A DNA stretch of 64,000 bases from Lingula anatina (Eukaryota; Animalia; Brachiopoda), in contig CM120640.1 of NCBI GenBank assembly GCA_051362555.1, positions 16,678,001 through 16,742,000 of the forward strand, written 5' to 3'. The notes under the pieces were generated by a model. That model was not told the DNA's origin, searched no databases, and saw only the letters and a program-made list of their open reading frames with translations. Below, piece by piece: positions 16,142 through 31,405 of the stretch. Positions within the stretch are counted from its first letter, which is position 1. Each line of letters begins with the position of its first letter. Made by a program: the position numbers and the translations under genes.

Positions 16142-19100
16142 GGTATGCACCGACGGGCATGCACACATACATCATAGCATCTCCCTAGTTGTGAGATTAT
16201 ACCTAGGAAGAAGACAGATCTGGTACACAGACTCAAAAATGGTAACCTTACCCTTGACCTGTACTTTTTACAGATAGATTTCTACCCTTTTTCTCATTAA
16301 GACCATACAATGCCCTCCCCCCCCCCCCTTTGAAATATTTACAGGAAACTTTTGTTAATGTTCATACTTCAAAAATTTAATTCTAACATTATTCTGCTTT
16401 TTGCTTTTCTGAAAAGACCTACAGGTAAACTTTCTATAACTTGATTGTATCTTTTATATCTTTATGTGTTTTATATCTTGAATGTGTAACTCATCTATGG
16501 GTATACTACATCATGGCAAAAGTTGTCAGTGACTGATCAAAAGCAACAAAATACAACCAGAATGTGTTCATCAGGTAAAACAACCCCCTACCCATTTTTT
16601 TTTGTAAAATTTTAAGAGGAAAAAATAGCCAACCCTAAGATTCTAACCTTTTCAATGGTAGTCTTTTTCCTCATGCAGCTCTCCCCCTCCCCCTCCCTAA
16701 GGGGTTAATTAATCAGTGAAATGTTAGCAATTGCCATTATGCTTCATGAAACTTTTTGACAGCAATATATGAACTGGAAACAGATTAACTGACTAATTAC
16801 TTAATCAATCCATCAATGCCCATAAAACAAAGTAATTACCATACAGCTCTTCAAAGTATATTGTGTGTGCATGTATCATAGGCTGTTTGATTCTATGAAT
16901 TTTCCTTTAATTTTAAAAACAGTAAGTCCATGAAATATTGCACTGACAACAGTGCAAACTAATTTTTTCAAAAACTTCAAAATAAACATATCACATAATT
17001 ACAAAGTCAATTTAATATTAGGCTCCAAGTGAAAAATATGACATTGTTAAAATGCTGATTCAGAGTAAAGCTCTGCCTCAGGCCCTTTTCAAATTTAGTG
17101 GACTAAGTCTTTTTCCTCTTTCTAACCCCTTTTCCAACCCTTTCTCTATATTTCTGGATCACTGAACATAAAACTTTTGTTTTTCTTATAACTGAAACAA
17201 CCGAACAAGACTCTGGCTGTGTCACATCACACCTCTTAGACTTGTTGAAGAACCCAGGTAATATGTCACATCTATTCATAGTTACAAATGGCAACAGGTC
17301 ATTGAAAATGCTGATCAAAGTATTTGGTTTAGAGGGGTATCTCAGATTGCTTCTTTACTTCTTTGCACTTTGATATCTGACTTTATCGGAGTTGTCCTTC
17401 AGTATTTTTTCCCTTTATTTTACTAACAAATAACTTATAAGTTCTGACAAATATGTTAACTTTGCAGAATTTTTGATAATAAAATTCTAAATATCAATGT
17501 ATAATACAATCTTATCAACTTTTCTGTAAAAATTTACCATATCCCTCGATTGCAGACTGCCTGGCTTCTCATGTCTAGCTAGTTGTGTAATCAGAGATAT
17601 AAGCAGAAACATTCATGTAAAAGACTACATGGCCAAATGTTAAACTTGATATTTTAAAGTGTTGTATCCTTGCAAATGTAATGTGTGTCTAGTGTAACCC
17701 AAGCCTGAAGGTCACCAATTTTCCAGAACTGAAGATTAGATTCTGTTCTTTGGCAGGCACATAACCAGGGGGAATTCTTTGGATTCAAAAGAACTGCCCA
17801 CTTTGCTATTTCAAAACTGGCACCTGGTATTTGCCAGAGAAGTCCCAAATTTTGCCTCAATTCAAATTAGCATCTGGTTTCTAATTTTATTGCCTTGTTT
17901 TTTGGACAAAAGAATGGTTATATTCACCCAAGCTTGTTTTAAACCTTGATGAATGCAAATCTTCTTCATTATCACAAAATGCAGAGTAAAAGGTCCCTAA
18001 ACTACTAGGTTATTCTATTGACGAGTCCATAACTGCACTTTAGAATTCCCCCTTATATAATTTTCTGATTATGGCTCTACCTGGTATAAGTGAGAAAAAC
18101 AATGGAAGCATTGATTAATGGTAAACCTAGTTAATTAAAATGGGACCTTAAAGTTGTTTTATTTGACAAAACATGTCAGATTCAACATGACACCAAAAGG
18201 TAAAAGACATACACAGTATGTCAGAGGTTCTCTTTTTTCCCTTTTTGTCTGTAATAAAGCTATTATTTTCTCTTTCTTAAAAATTCATTATGATAATTTC
18301 TTTTTCTGAGAATACATGTCAAAAAGATTAGAATCAGAATTGGAAAAGATTTAAGTAATATATCAAATGCATCTATCATACCAATATTGAAAAATGGCAT
18401 ATTTATTTCAAAAGGAAAAGAAGTTCTGAAAAATAGTCCTAAAAGTTCCTCGTTTTCTGAACACTTTTATAGTGAAATTTTCATTTTTCCTCGATGGATA
18501 AAAACAGAACCACTTAGTCTAGGCATGTTTATATATATCTAACCAAAAACCTATGATAGGAAACATCTCTATAAACATAAATAGCAAATGGAAAATTATG
18601 TAACTCCCAGAGCATTCCAGATAAACATACCCAAGTAAATATGGAAAAAGAGGTATAGGATAAAAATTCTTGAAAAACAAAATTAATCTGATACACTAGC
18701 CCTCTGTCAGGATCTTGACATAGTTCTGTTCTGGAAATCCATAGATGTTGGTAACCTAAGTCTGGGGTCTCGTCAGAGAACAGGTGTATGGTTATTGAAT
18801 GCTTCACCAAGTGTAATTCCAGCTCAAAATCTCCACACAACCAAGCTGATAACAGCAACACACAAAAGATATTGGATATCACATGTGGGTAGGATACCTA
18901 TACCATTACTTGCAAGGCTGTTTGATTTCGGCATAATTGCTGCTCCAGTAGTCGGTGACATTTCTCTATTGCAGATGCTTTCTATGATAGAAGTTGATTG
19001 GGGCATGCAATGACATGCTATATAGAAATACCCCCAACTGATCATGTGAAGGCCAAACAAAAACCACTTAGGCGTTTGAAAAAACTTGATACTCCACTGT

Positions 19101-22100
19101 TCTCAAAGACTAAAAAATTAAAAAGAGTTGTGAACTGGAATTAGCATTCTTTTAAATGTTGTAATGTTTGTGTCCTGAAATGATGAGTTTGACTCCTGCA
19201 TTAAAAAAATCGTTGGCATGTTCTTGATCTGAATAAAATCAAAGTGAATTTTTCCTCATTTATGATCTTACTTCTCATAAACTTTTCCTTAACAGGTCTA
19301 AAACTGATTCATAATGTGGCATTAAAATGTCCAAGTTATCTACATTTCTTTCTCCTTTTTTGTTAATCACTTCAACAAAACAAAAATTAAACTACTTTAA
19401 TAGAATAGAATGGAATAGAATAGAACACAACACAACACAACAACATAACATAAAACACTTCAATAATAATCATAACCAAAGGGGTTAGTGCCTTTTCTTT
19501 CACTTTTTCATCCACTATGACTCACATCTCTTGTGTTCAACAAGTGAAAGACGTCTTAACTCACCTTTGGCTTGCTTTGCTGCTGCTTTATTTAGAGCAG
19601 AAACCAAGTTCTGGTGTTGAGCTGCGAGCAGGGAGTCTGAATGCAGAGAGACTAGAAAAACAACACACACATATAAATATTGTAGGCAAACATTAATTAT
19701 AAGCAAGTAAACTAACCATTGTCATAAATAACATGTACATACTGCCATACATGTCTCATTACCATGAGCTGATATCAATGCAACACATCTAATAAGATTA
19801 TTTTGGGAGTGTCACAGGAGGATCTTGTACTTCTAAATAAGAACAAATGGAAAACTATGCCCAAGAAAATGGAGAACTATTTTTGACTTTGATCACCACT
19901 TATGTTTATTTTTCCAAACCTTTTTCCAGGTCAAAAGTTCTGTTTTTATACATGTACCTGCTCCTTCTCCTCTTCCTCGTATCCTCCTGCTGTCCTCGCT
20001 GCCATCTTCACTGCTGCAGGTGCTCTCATTATCCCCTGGGGTGCCTGAGGCAAACCTCTGCAGGTCAAGGGCTTGAGTGTCATTGCTGTCCACCTTGTCA
20101 TACCCATACCAACCAAGGAGCTCATTCATGGTGTTCTCAGCAAAATTCTGCAAAGACAATTATATTGTCAAAAAAATAAGTACACGTAAGAGTGAATTAG
20201 TTTCAGATAAATTGATGCACTTCACAAATATTGGCGGATGGACTCTGAAGAGAAAACTAAATTTTAAACCACTTACCTGGTGTATGATTAGGTTTCAAAT
20301 CTCTTCAATTGCTCTTAAATGATCTCACAAAGAAGAGTTTTGAATCTAATTATGATCCAAAATGATTTATTTAACCTCTGTTCATTGTTTAAAACACAAA
20401 ACCTCTTCAGAATATGTCCATCTTATAACAAGCCACGCACAAACACAAAAGAAGACATGGAGAAAAATATGTTCAATAATATATGTACATATGTATATGA
20501 TTGGACTGATAAATACGTACATAATGTACTTTCATTCATTTTCAGAGTATGACTAGCTATACATGATCCAGGGCAATCTACAGATTGATTTTGGACTATA
20601 TATATTTCAGACACTCTAGGGATAATGTTACACTGGTAATGTAAGAGACACTACCTCGTGAAAATACTATATTTTACAGAGTATTTAAATGTTCATGTCA
20701 CAATACACATGTTATCAATACCAACAACCAACAACTGCAACAAAGGAAGCACGAAAAGAATTGCAATAATGAAAAAAAATAAATGCAATAAATACTATTG
20801 GAATCAATTGCAAAAGAATCAGTCAAAAATAGTTTAAATGAATCCCAAATATCCAACAGGCTTAAATATGAGACGCATGTCTGCCTGAATTATTTATTTG
20901 TGATATCATATTTCAGAGCAAATGGATAGTTCAAGGTGATTCAATCCTAGACCTTCCTCACACGATCAATTAAGCACACAGAATTCTAACAATAAGTGAC
21001 AGTAAATTTCACTTTACAGAATATAATAACCCTATCAAAGCACTGTTTTATCAGCTTCATATCTTTGTATTGTTTGATCTTCAGAACAGTTAGAAACTTA
21101 TTTGCATCACCAGCAAAGGTTTTTTATTATTAAGTTTCTCGAACCAGTTGAAAATGTCAATATGCATCATACACCTTGTGGATGAAAAAACAACAAAGAG
21201 CTATCCATTCCTGGTAGACGTTACAAATACTGATATCTACCATGAGAAATCATACACCATGAGAAATCACAAAGGAGATTCATTGCTGGAATATGATATG
21301 TTAAGATTCAGAAGGTCAGGATCTCTATTGTGGGCACATAAGACACCAAAGTTGTAAACATGAAAGTCCTGAAAAAATAACAGATAACAAAGGTATTATA
21401 TCATCATTGCTTTTTTTTTTCAATTATATATATTCAAAACATTCGCTGAAGCCATCACAGCTTGAAATGTTCTGTAAACCCTCATCAGTTGACTGCATTA
21501 CCCCAGACTGCAACTCATGACACTTGAATATACCAGTCAACATTTAACCCTTAAATTTAAAGTTTGTAAAAATTAATTAGTCAGTCTGAACACCTAGCAC
21601 CTCTGATAATCATGACAATGTGTTGAATGAAATACTAAGGCTTGGCAAATTTAAGTAAACATGTTCTAAATCCCATCAGCTATTGATATTTGTTTAATAA
21701 ATATGTAATCCTGCAACCAATGCTGTGTCAATAAAGGTCATTTGTCAATCTAAACTTTATTATTTGTTTATCACTGCTATTACAGTGTGTGTCTTACAAA
21801 TACACTTGTCACAAATGAGGTATACATGTATAGAAATATATACAGCACATTGTTGTTTATAATCATAAATTTCCTTCATTATCTAATTAACCTCAGAAAC
21901 ATTTAGTTATTTAATTGATCTTTTCATATTTCTTGATCATGGCATTAAGACAAACGTACACTTTCCCATACTATCTAAATTTAGTTTATTAAAGCTAAGC
22001 GTCATGTTAAGACAAAATCATTTCAAACCAGCCTTCTAAACTAACTTGTCACCCTTGAATATACTGATAATTCATAACTGCAATAGCATTAAATTCCTAT

Positions 22101-25100
22101 CACAGTTGCATGCAAGTTACACTTCATAACCAAATTATAGTCCTGTGAATATTGACATATTTTTTAAGGGGCGTGGTAACATATTCAATGACTGCAGGAA
22201 AATTCTGACTGTCATCTTGGTGGGACAGGCTCACTGCAAATGGTAATCAAATGCCAAGCTTATACCCTAATCAATCATGGTGTAATGAGATAAAATGCCA
22301 AATTCACGCTCAAATGGTAAAAAGATACATCTGAAATAAGAAACTTAATAACAAAATTAATACGGACTCAGCTATCTATTCAAGTTGGATTCATTTCAGT
22401 GGAGCAGTCTCAGAGGACAGTCATTCCATCTTCTCTTCTGCTGTCCTTTTCATAAGAAAATGGGTCATTGTCAAAAAAATATTTTCCCAATTTATCTGCA
22501 TTGCCCAGGAAATCATCTAACGATAAGAATTTGTTCATTAATATATATCATACTATAACAGACTTCCTTTAAAAATACATAACAATTTCAGAAAAAATTA
22601 TTCATTTATTTCTAGAATACTTCCTACTAGTGCCTTCATTCATTGCCAAAGTGAAGATAAAAAGCATTCAAAATCTTCTTTGAAGGTGCAATTTGATAAA
22701 CTGCTACAATGATTAGTAAACAGAGTTGTTATTCCTTCTTATTTCTCTGTGAACATGGGGAACATGCTTTAAATAGTTTTCAAAATGGCTTTATCAATAA
22801 CTTTAGAGTAAAACAGTGTTTTGATGACAAAACACATACAACCTACATCAAGTTTCAATCTAAATACAATTTTGCAAAAAACGTTGACCATTTCAGGAGG
22901 AAAGAGTGCTTATTCTTGTTTACACTTACATGTACCTTCATATTTATTTATTTCATTATATTTGGATATCATGAGACTCTCGTGTCGTGAACCATGCTAT
23001 TTACAAACTGTGTTAAGATGGCTGACTACTAAGGTTCGCAGTGGACAGTGAATATGATTATTTTTTGTAATACTGATTAAGGCCATTTATCTGTCATTTT
23101 ATGCTTTAAAAGTTTAAATTGCCCTCAGATAAGTTCAACAAGAAGCTATTTGTACACTTAGAATGCACTTTAAATCCTACACTTTAACAGTTTTTGACTG
23201 ATGTTTGTAGGTAAGTCAAACAGGTAAAGAAAGAAGGGATAAGCAATACGGTAACATTTTTTTTGGCATTTGTACTTTGGGCAAGTGCTTTCCCAAACTT
23301 TTATTCAAATTCACTTGCTGCGGCACCCCTTCCACAAATAAAGGCTTGCAAGTTTTTTAGCTTGGAGATTTTTTTTATTTTCACCTCCACCAAGGTGGTT
23401 GTATATGTTTTTGCCTTTGTTGGTTTGTTAGGTTACATCCTAATCCAAAAGTAACATACATTTTTAATAAATAATGAGAATGAAATTAATTAATAATGGG
23501 AATTGACCTGCCCTGACATTGGTTTGCCCTCCCCAAATACTCTTGTACTTAAATTGCTATTAATTTATTTGTTGATTTATTTATTTGTTTATTCTTATTT
23601 TTGGACAACCTCAGTCAGGTGAGGTAAAAGTCTGACAACTATATGTAGAAAAAAGTCACTTGCCTATTTGGGCAACTAGTATTTTAACTTACCTCATGAC
23701 ACCAACTTACATGTAATTTGTTCTGAATTACCATACAAGTCTTGTTGCCAAACTCTGGGAAGATTCCTTTCTTGCTGGAACTAATTATCTAGACACCATT
23801 TTCAAAATCACAAATTATACGAAAACTTGTTTTCTGACCAGTTCCTTAAGTCAAATTGGTCTTTTTTCATACTTTATGTTAATATAAAATCAAACGAAAA
23901 AGAAAAAAGTCTTACCATATTACTTTAATAAATGCCAATAGTAAGTTCTATTACCACAAGCAACTGCAGTATTAAAAACATATCCTAGATTCTCAGAAAA
24001 CTAAACAAGATACTACACTTGCGAAAATGTAAAATTCTGGACAGTAAAGCTTGAAAATATACAGATGATTTTAACAAAATAAGCTGATTTTACCTTTATA
24101 CTAAACAAAGTCTACTAGCAATTTCAGGTAAAACAAAAATATGTTTTGACACTTATGGGGTATATATCACAAAAATAACATTAAAATAAACAGCTCAAGC
24201 TGACATATGGACAGACAATGCAAAAATGTCAACAAGTTCTTTGTGCTGTCATAAAAAAAGGATTGTAGACAAATTCTAAGTAAGCAAAAAATGCATTTTT
24301 AATCAAAGTGAGCATATAAGCGAACTTCTTCTTTAAAGATATAAAACAATGCATTATCAAACAACAAACGCATCAAGCAATCCTTTTCTGCAACAAAGTA
24401 AATAATTACCTGCAAGAGAAAAATGAACTGTTTTTTCAAAACTGTACTTTTTTTTTCTACTGAAAGTGATATACAGTCAGTCATTAACATGTTACCTACT
24501 GGTCATAACTCAATATGCCACCTGTAGAAAGAAATCGGAGATTGTTAATAAATGTAAGCTTTTCCATATCACTTTCTGTTGAACAAGCACAAGAAGGCAT
24601 CTACAAATATGCTAATAGGAGCTGCATTTAGAATGAAATCCATTAAGGTGTTTATGTTAGACTACAAACCAAACTTAGAAAAAATTATCTCAATGTTTAA
24701 GGTCTTTAATATTTTTATTTCATTAAGTTTTCTTTCTTCACTTTAAACTTTTTAATTAAGTTTTTTCAATTATATTTTGAACTTTCTAGGAATAAGTTTT
24801 CTCTCTTCTGTCAAGTCATATGAATGTAATTCATTTTTGTAAGACAGTTTTGAAAAACAAAGGACTATCAAGACGGGCCCATCAAGAAGACATATTTGGA
24901 TAATGCAGATGAATTTTAAACAACCGAATACTCTGATCACAATTCTGAAGCAGTAAAATTTCCCTCAATGCTTGTTGGAAACCCACTGCAGTGAGCAGTA
25001 TACTCTGTCAGAGGAAATTGCTGATATTCAATCTCTCTGTATTGATTACACAATGCTATTGAAAACTAATAATATCTTCACAAAATGCTACCAAACACAA

Positions 25101-28100
25101 AAGCTGTAGGGATTACATTAAATATCAAAGATCTTTTCAAAGTACATTTAATCTTTAAAAGGAAAGCAACACTGAAGCAGAGGAAATCAGGAGTATCACA
25201 TTGCAGAGCAGGTTATTTGTCCTGGGTAAGAAGAGAAGCTGGCATGTCGAGAGTAACTGTTTTTAATTTGCAATCAGAGCCCATAGATTTCAAACAGCCA
25301 AGAGATGAAATTAAAACTGCCAAGGAAGCTTCTGGAGGTATTGATTAAATGTGTAAAAAATATCTCTATACTCTCCCAAGTGAAGTCCCCGTTCTGCTGT
25401 CGCAGTGCGCTCCAGCATGCATGCATTCACCCTAGAGAAACCAACCCTTTAGGCTGAGCCATTTTCTAATATTGTTGCAAAGAAAATGGGAAAAACAATA
25501 CTGCTGCATGCATCCCCAAAGACCTTGCAAATAAAAGATATAATGTGGTAAGTGGGCAGTACACCACAGCAGGAGCTTGCGATCCTGGCTCTGGTTGAAT
25601 TTTCATTTCCCTTGCAAAATGATACCCTTCATCTAAAAGCAAGCAAATGCCAGGTTAAGGGCCTCTGATACCAGAGCACAGAGGTTCAGTTACTTATTTT
25701 TAACTCACTTCAACTGATAGTTTAATGGACTACAAAATGGGAAAAGGATGGGTGGTGTGCAATTGTCATCAAACACAGAATATAATCCTATTGACTCTCT
25801 GGGTTTAGAGCACTGCCATGATAGCACACTGCGCTGCACCTCTTTTCTGCTGTGAAGTGCTTTCAGACTTATTTTGAACACGTTGAAAATTATGACTAAT
25901 TCAATGAGTTAATCTAGGATGCAAACAGTCTCAAGATTGGCCTAGCTGAAATTGGATAAGGGAGGGTTAGGGAGGCAGACGCTGTGAGGAAATGGCTAAA
26001 AATTCTGGCTTTTGACAGATCTGTAAGCACAACTCCAATGCTGAGATTAAATTACTAAAAGACAAATACAAATGGTAAACATAATTACCGGCATGGAAAA
26101 AATTGATGCAAGAAGACACTGCATAAATAGATGGTTTGAAGCCCATTTGACGCCACACATTATCAAATTACATACATTTGCTCAAGCGATCAGGTAACAT
26201 CAAATGGATTTTGACTTTCATTTATTGCATAAACACATTCTACAAAGAAGGGTTAGCTTTCATATTGGGTAGTCTTGTGCATGTAATTTCAGCATTACAA
26301 AAGCTGATCCTGCCAAGATTAACTTTTTTCATACAACTAGATTCGATGACAACAAAAAAAGAGAGAGAAGAAAGACCACTGGCTCAGTTTTCAAAAGAAT
26401 ACAGAATGAAAAAATTACACATCTGTGCATAAATCTAGACCACATTTTGTGCTAACTAGAACTGATTAACACATTTCTGCCTGGGAGATTTTCTTTTTTT
26501 TTTTCTTTTTTTTTTCAGATATACTTTCAACCACAGAAAATTTAACATTTTGCCTCTTTAAAGACATGTATACATAACTTGGTTAACCACCCATTAAAAC
26601 CCCAATGTCTACCAATACAAAAGTCATCGATATGTTTTCAATACAATTAATTATTATCCTTTTAATAATCAAACGATAAGTTTTCTTCCAACAATATAGA
26701 AAAGTCACGTATAAGGCATTTTTTATACATTTTTTCCTTTTCATACTGATCTGGTGTAAAAGTGTCTGAAGGTAAATGTTTTATGGGCTCTCCACCTGGG
26801 TGGTGTTACCTGATATGGGTAAATATCTGTAATTATTATTCACTAAGGAAGTGGTATTGACAAAACTAACTTTCACGCTGTTTGAGCTTGAATGTACCAG
26901 AAGAGCACACAGTAAAATACAACAATCACCACACTGAAACTCCTTAATGATTAAACAGAAATATATAATACAGCATCAAATTCAGTAACAGGTGACTTCA
27001 GTTCTTGTACATTTTATTGTTCAAATGTACAATAGCTTTGTGTACTTCTTAATCTAAGATAAAGACAACATTACATCGACATGACAACATCTTCAAAACA
27101 GGACAGGAAAACATGAATGGTGAAATTGGTAAAAGCTACACAGAACAGTATAAAATTTACACACGCAATTTTTCCAGTGGTCCCTTCAATTGCTGAAACA
27201 ACAGCTATAATGACTCCTTTTTGAAATGCACCTGCCATTTAAAAGGTATAATTTCTGTTAACCTAAAATGAAAGGAAATTGAAAGATAAGCTCATCAAGC
27301 AGATAATTAAAACAACAATTATGCAAGCAAAATATGAATTACCATATCATCGGTGACTCCACATCCACCTCATAACAACCAATTCTGGCACAAATGCACA
27401 CAATTTTCAATCTAAAATCTGCATGGTGAAAAAAACTTCAAACGCAGACTTTCAAGCTGTTAGAAGGAAGATATTTGATACCCCAGCAAGCTATCTGCTC
27501 CAGTGGCCTGACCTAGCAGTGTTGTGGATAACCCATATCATTTTGCAGCAGCTGAAAACAGCCTGCAATACTAATGCCTGCAAGTAACCAGTCCTGGAAA
27601 CAGCAGCAGACAGGGTTCGCCTTGTGTATGTGTTTGGCTCCTGCTTCAGACATGAGGCAGTTATGAACACAGTTTCCTCTCAAGTCTGTAACATCAGTAT
27701 AGTTTTACCACTGAAAACACCATGTCAGGTAAAACATAACAAACTTGAAGAATGATATTATCATGCCTTTTTCAGGATATTAGACCACTTTCATCTTGAT
27801 GCATTAAAACTCCATTTGTTTTTATCTAAAATCTAACAAGTTAAACAAATTGATACGTACCTTATAAGAACAGTTATTTGTTAATACTGACTGATATACT
27901 TAAAATATAAGGATAGGATATTAGAGTCACATTACTAATGCCAGTTCACAATTTATGGATACCATAACTCAGATGCATTACACTGTGGTCTAAAGAAAAT
28001 TATATTCTAACAAATTCCAAATATCTTCAGACTTGAGTTTTTGCCAAAACCCTGGCATTTATTCATCTTCAAGCAAAGTTAAATTTTCTTTATCATCATA

Positions 28101-28987
28101 AATTAAAAAAGTAAATCAGAAACTGATCACACAACACTACCAAGGAATTTTATGTTAATGAATCCATGTTGCCAATGGCCCATAATAATGCATAAATTGG
28201 CAGTGGCTTATAACAAATAATTTAAATAATCTGAATTTGACCTTATTTCTAAATTTAGAAACTTTCAAGCTTTAATCAAACAGGGCAAGACATGTACTAC
28301 CAATATATTCATAAATTTTGAAATCTGGTAAAAACATCCCTTTTATACCCTCTCTCTCTCTCTTTTCTATATCATCACTGTGATGTTTGTTTCACATAAC
28401 TGATATTTCTTCAAGAATTAACTTATATTGGTAAGCATGTGTATTCATGCATTTTCACACACACACACACACACACAAACACACACACGAATTGGTGCAC
28501 AATGAAAACGCTTTCTTATTCTTCCTTTTTTTCTTGCACAAAATGTTTTTATAATCAATATTTTATGAAAAAATAAATGTCATTTACGTGTAGCTCTCGT
28601 ATATATTTCCTTCATGCTTTCACACATTCTGGAATGGGTAATTCGCTGGTGTAATTGCTCACTCTGCGCATTTCATTTAAAATTCTGAACATGCAATTTG
28701 GAGGGATCAGTTGTTTAGGTTAGCTACAAGAAACATATCTGAATTACCGCCGGTTAGAGGATTCCTATAGCACCTGACTACATGTTACTACCGCGATCAT
28801 TTCATCTCCTAAGATAGTCGATCGTTTTGTGGCGCAATGTTTTCGATTCCGTGATATTACACTACTGCTGTTCTCTACTCTGCTAGCAGACGATGTTTAC
28901 CTTGATGTCATCTTTCGGTTCTTCTTTCACAACAACTACGGCTTTCCCCTTCTCCTTCAAGTTTGCTGCTGCTCCTTCTCCTTCCAT
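12367..28987 (-). CDS. SOBP: Sine oculis-binding protein homolog (two FCS zinc fingers, proline-rich box), ~756 aa
   Basis: Exons 28987-28901 (MEGEGAAA...[10 protein letters not shown]), 20147-19958 ([19 protein letters not shown]), probable 19651-19565 and 14273-12367 (CAWCQK...[59 protein letters not shown]...[24 protein letters not shown]). Phases 0/1/1 are consistent. Confidence 0.93.
14350..15075 (+). mobile_element. Highly decayed RTE-like non-LTR retrotransposon fragment
   Basis: 14871-14963 translates [31 protein letters not shown], resembling the RTE C-terminal 'RLRWAGHVxRMxxxRxPKQVL'. Weaker upstream RT-like scraps (IPQKIVELI, VAFAD) are broken by frameshifts. Confidence 0.5.
16089..16141. 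repeat. (AC)n microsatellite
   Basis: About 26 AC units with one interruption. Confidence 0.95.
19398..19450. repeat. Compound pentanucleotide microsatellite (AATAG)n(AACAC)n
   Basis: aatagaatagaatggaatagaatagaacacaacacaacacaacaacataaca. Confidence 0.8.
28456..28488. repeat. (CA)n microsatellite
   Basis: Read directly from the sequence. Confidence 0.9.
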
Positions 28988-31405
28988 GGCTGAGCCTGAT
29001 AATGCCCGTTTCAGCTCTGGGCGAATAATATCGACGGGGATGAAGAAACTTTGACTTGTAAGCTGAGACGGCTGCTATTTGATCCACCATATTGAGTTTC
29101 GTTTCACACATGCGCGTTGCTCGAGCCGAAGAAAAGGCAAACAGGCGCATAGTACGAACGCTGATTACTAGAAGGTCTAGGTTGGCTGTGATATTTACTT
29201 ATTTTTATAATATTATCGAGGTTTCATTTCACAAATAAATACAATCGTTGATTTTTTTTAGGAATTTCCCCAGATTTAATTGAGAAACCAATTCTACACA
29301 AAACATCGCCAGCGCTGAGTCAGCTTCTACGGGCCAGCGGGTGGTGATCGAAAAGGCAACAATAACGTAAAGCAGGTACAATTTAAAGGTGCCAACAGAT
29401 CTGAGAATTTTGTATTTGAATGACTGCCATATGCAGGGAACGGTCATGATTTCTACCTTTTTTTTATTTTATTTTATTGTTATTATTTTTAAACAAAATT
29501 TCAATTCTTCTGAACATTATTTTGGTTCAGACTTGAGTCAAGGCAAATATTCAAACCACTGGTTAGATTACCAAGATTAAAAGAGGGAGTATGGATATGT
29601 TCTTTTAGTAATGTAAGTCGTAAATTTTAAGATAGCAGCCTTCTTACATAAAAATGTTATTGCATGTTTTCAACTTTTGAAGACAATAACTACAGTTTTG
29701 GTTGTGTGCGACATGTTTTTATGGGATGAGATTTAATCCGTACATATTTAATATACAGGTTTATTTAAACTGGGGTTGAAAAAAAGTGGGCATTTATTAA
29801 CCATGTTCTCATAATCAGAAGTTTCAACTGACTGGAAATTAGAACAAAATCAGCTTTTTTATGTAGCCTAAATAAATATGAATGTGCATTGTAGTTTTGT
29901 CTTACACCCTATCATGACCCTTGAATAGATGAAACCATCTCTAGCTTATAACAAAAGACATTGATCCTGTCATATGTTGTCATTGTGCCTAAGAAACTCC
30001 TTTTTTCCAAGGTTAGTTGCTTCATCACTACTATTCAACCTGTGCATATATCACCAGAAAATGTCTCTTTTTGTTGGAATGATACATTTGAACAGTAATG
30101 GATACAGTAGAGCAATAATGTACATTTACTCATAACTCATAATTCACTATCACTGAGAATTAGTGTTAAAAGAGAACATTAACACATGTACAGCTGCTTC
30201 ACATTAGCCACATCATTTCTTCTCAAATATGACAATGACAAAAAGAAATATTTTAAGATTAAAACTTGTTGCATTGAATACTTGAAAATGTGCTTCTTAG
30301 AAAAAAGAGAGGTTATAAATTTTTCACTATGACACATTAAAAGTTGTAGTTATTAGTTAAAAGGTTTCACTATTATAATGTTGAGCCAACCTATATTTCA
30401 AACTCTACATTGGCATGTTTTTTGTGTGAAAAAAAAACAATTATAAGTAATATGTCTGGCTATTTACTTGTGTTTCTGTGTCAGGACTCAGTTTGCAGGT
30501 TTCAAAAGTTTCTTTTTTGTTTTGACCAAAAGTGCAGCAACTAACTTGACTCAGAAACAGGAGAAGGATGTTTGAACTTCCTTTGTTATTCAAAAAAAGT
30601 TGAGTAACCTTTATGTGGAATGTTTCATCCAAATTTAAACTGTTTATGATCTTAACACAGTGAAGTTCATTCATTCAGTGTTGAAATGTGGATTTCTATT
30701 TTAAAATACGAAGTGGCTGACTTCCAATTTTATTTTATTTTTTTTTACAAATATGTCAAACAAAAATCCAATGAGGCCTTAATGGTATTCAGTTATACAT
30801 ATTGACCAGTGTAGCACATGGCTGCAGTCATACAGGGTAGTCTTATTACACCATTATAATTATGATGCAGCAAATTCCATTTTCCAATACTTGTAAACTG
30901 AATATGTTTTTTTTAAATCTTAATTTCAAAGTTAAAATGACAGTTTCTTCAAACAACTGTGAAATTTCAGGTTATTACCACTTTAATATCAGTCTACCAA
31001 GACACTTTAACCAGGGAACAAGACTACAGGTGTTATAGTGGCCTCTACCTGAGAAGAAACTACAATTATTCTAACTTTACATAGCACAGCTGACAAAATT
31101 ACTGCCTGGATTTATTTCCAAAGTATTTAGGGGTTGCCTTTATTGGTTAACTTCTGAAAATATCTAGTAATTTATCTTCAACTTTGACTGATGGCAGTGT
31201 CTGAATTCTCCACAATACTTCAAATGAAGGCCATACAGCAAATAGTGTGTGGCAATGAGACAATACAATACAAACTGACCAAGTTCACAACATCTAATAA
31301 TTTCCATCTTTAATTTATGTGGCAGTGTCAACATGAGAGTGGACACAATTCCAATATCCTGTCATTCTGCCTACACTGGTTTCCTCTCAAGGATAACCTA
31401 AAACG

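Noticed and set aside
17100-18900. Several 68-117-aa ORFs in a SOBP intron that might be a nested gene or decayed element
   Set aside because: No recognisable domain and no consistent splice chain; cannot be supported without a search.
25380-27700. TGATAC (Six/So-type) hexamers and GC-richer patches in SOBP intron 1 as a feedback enhancer
   Set aside because: A few hexamers in 8.7 kb of AT-rich DNA are expected by chance; conservation data would be needed.
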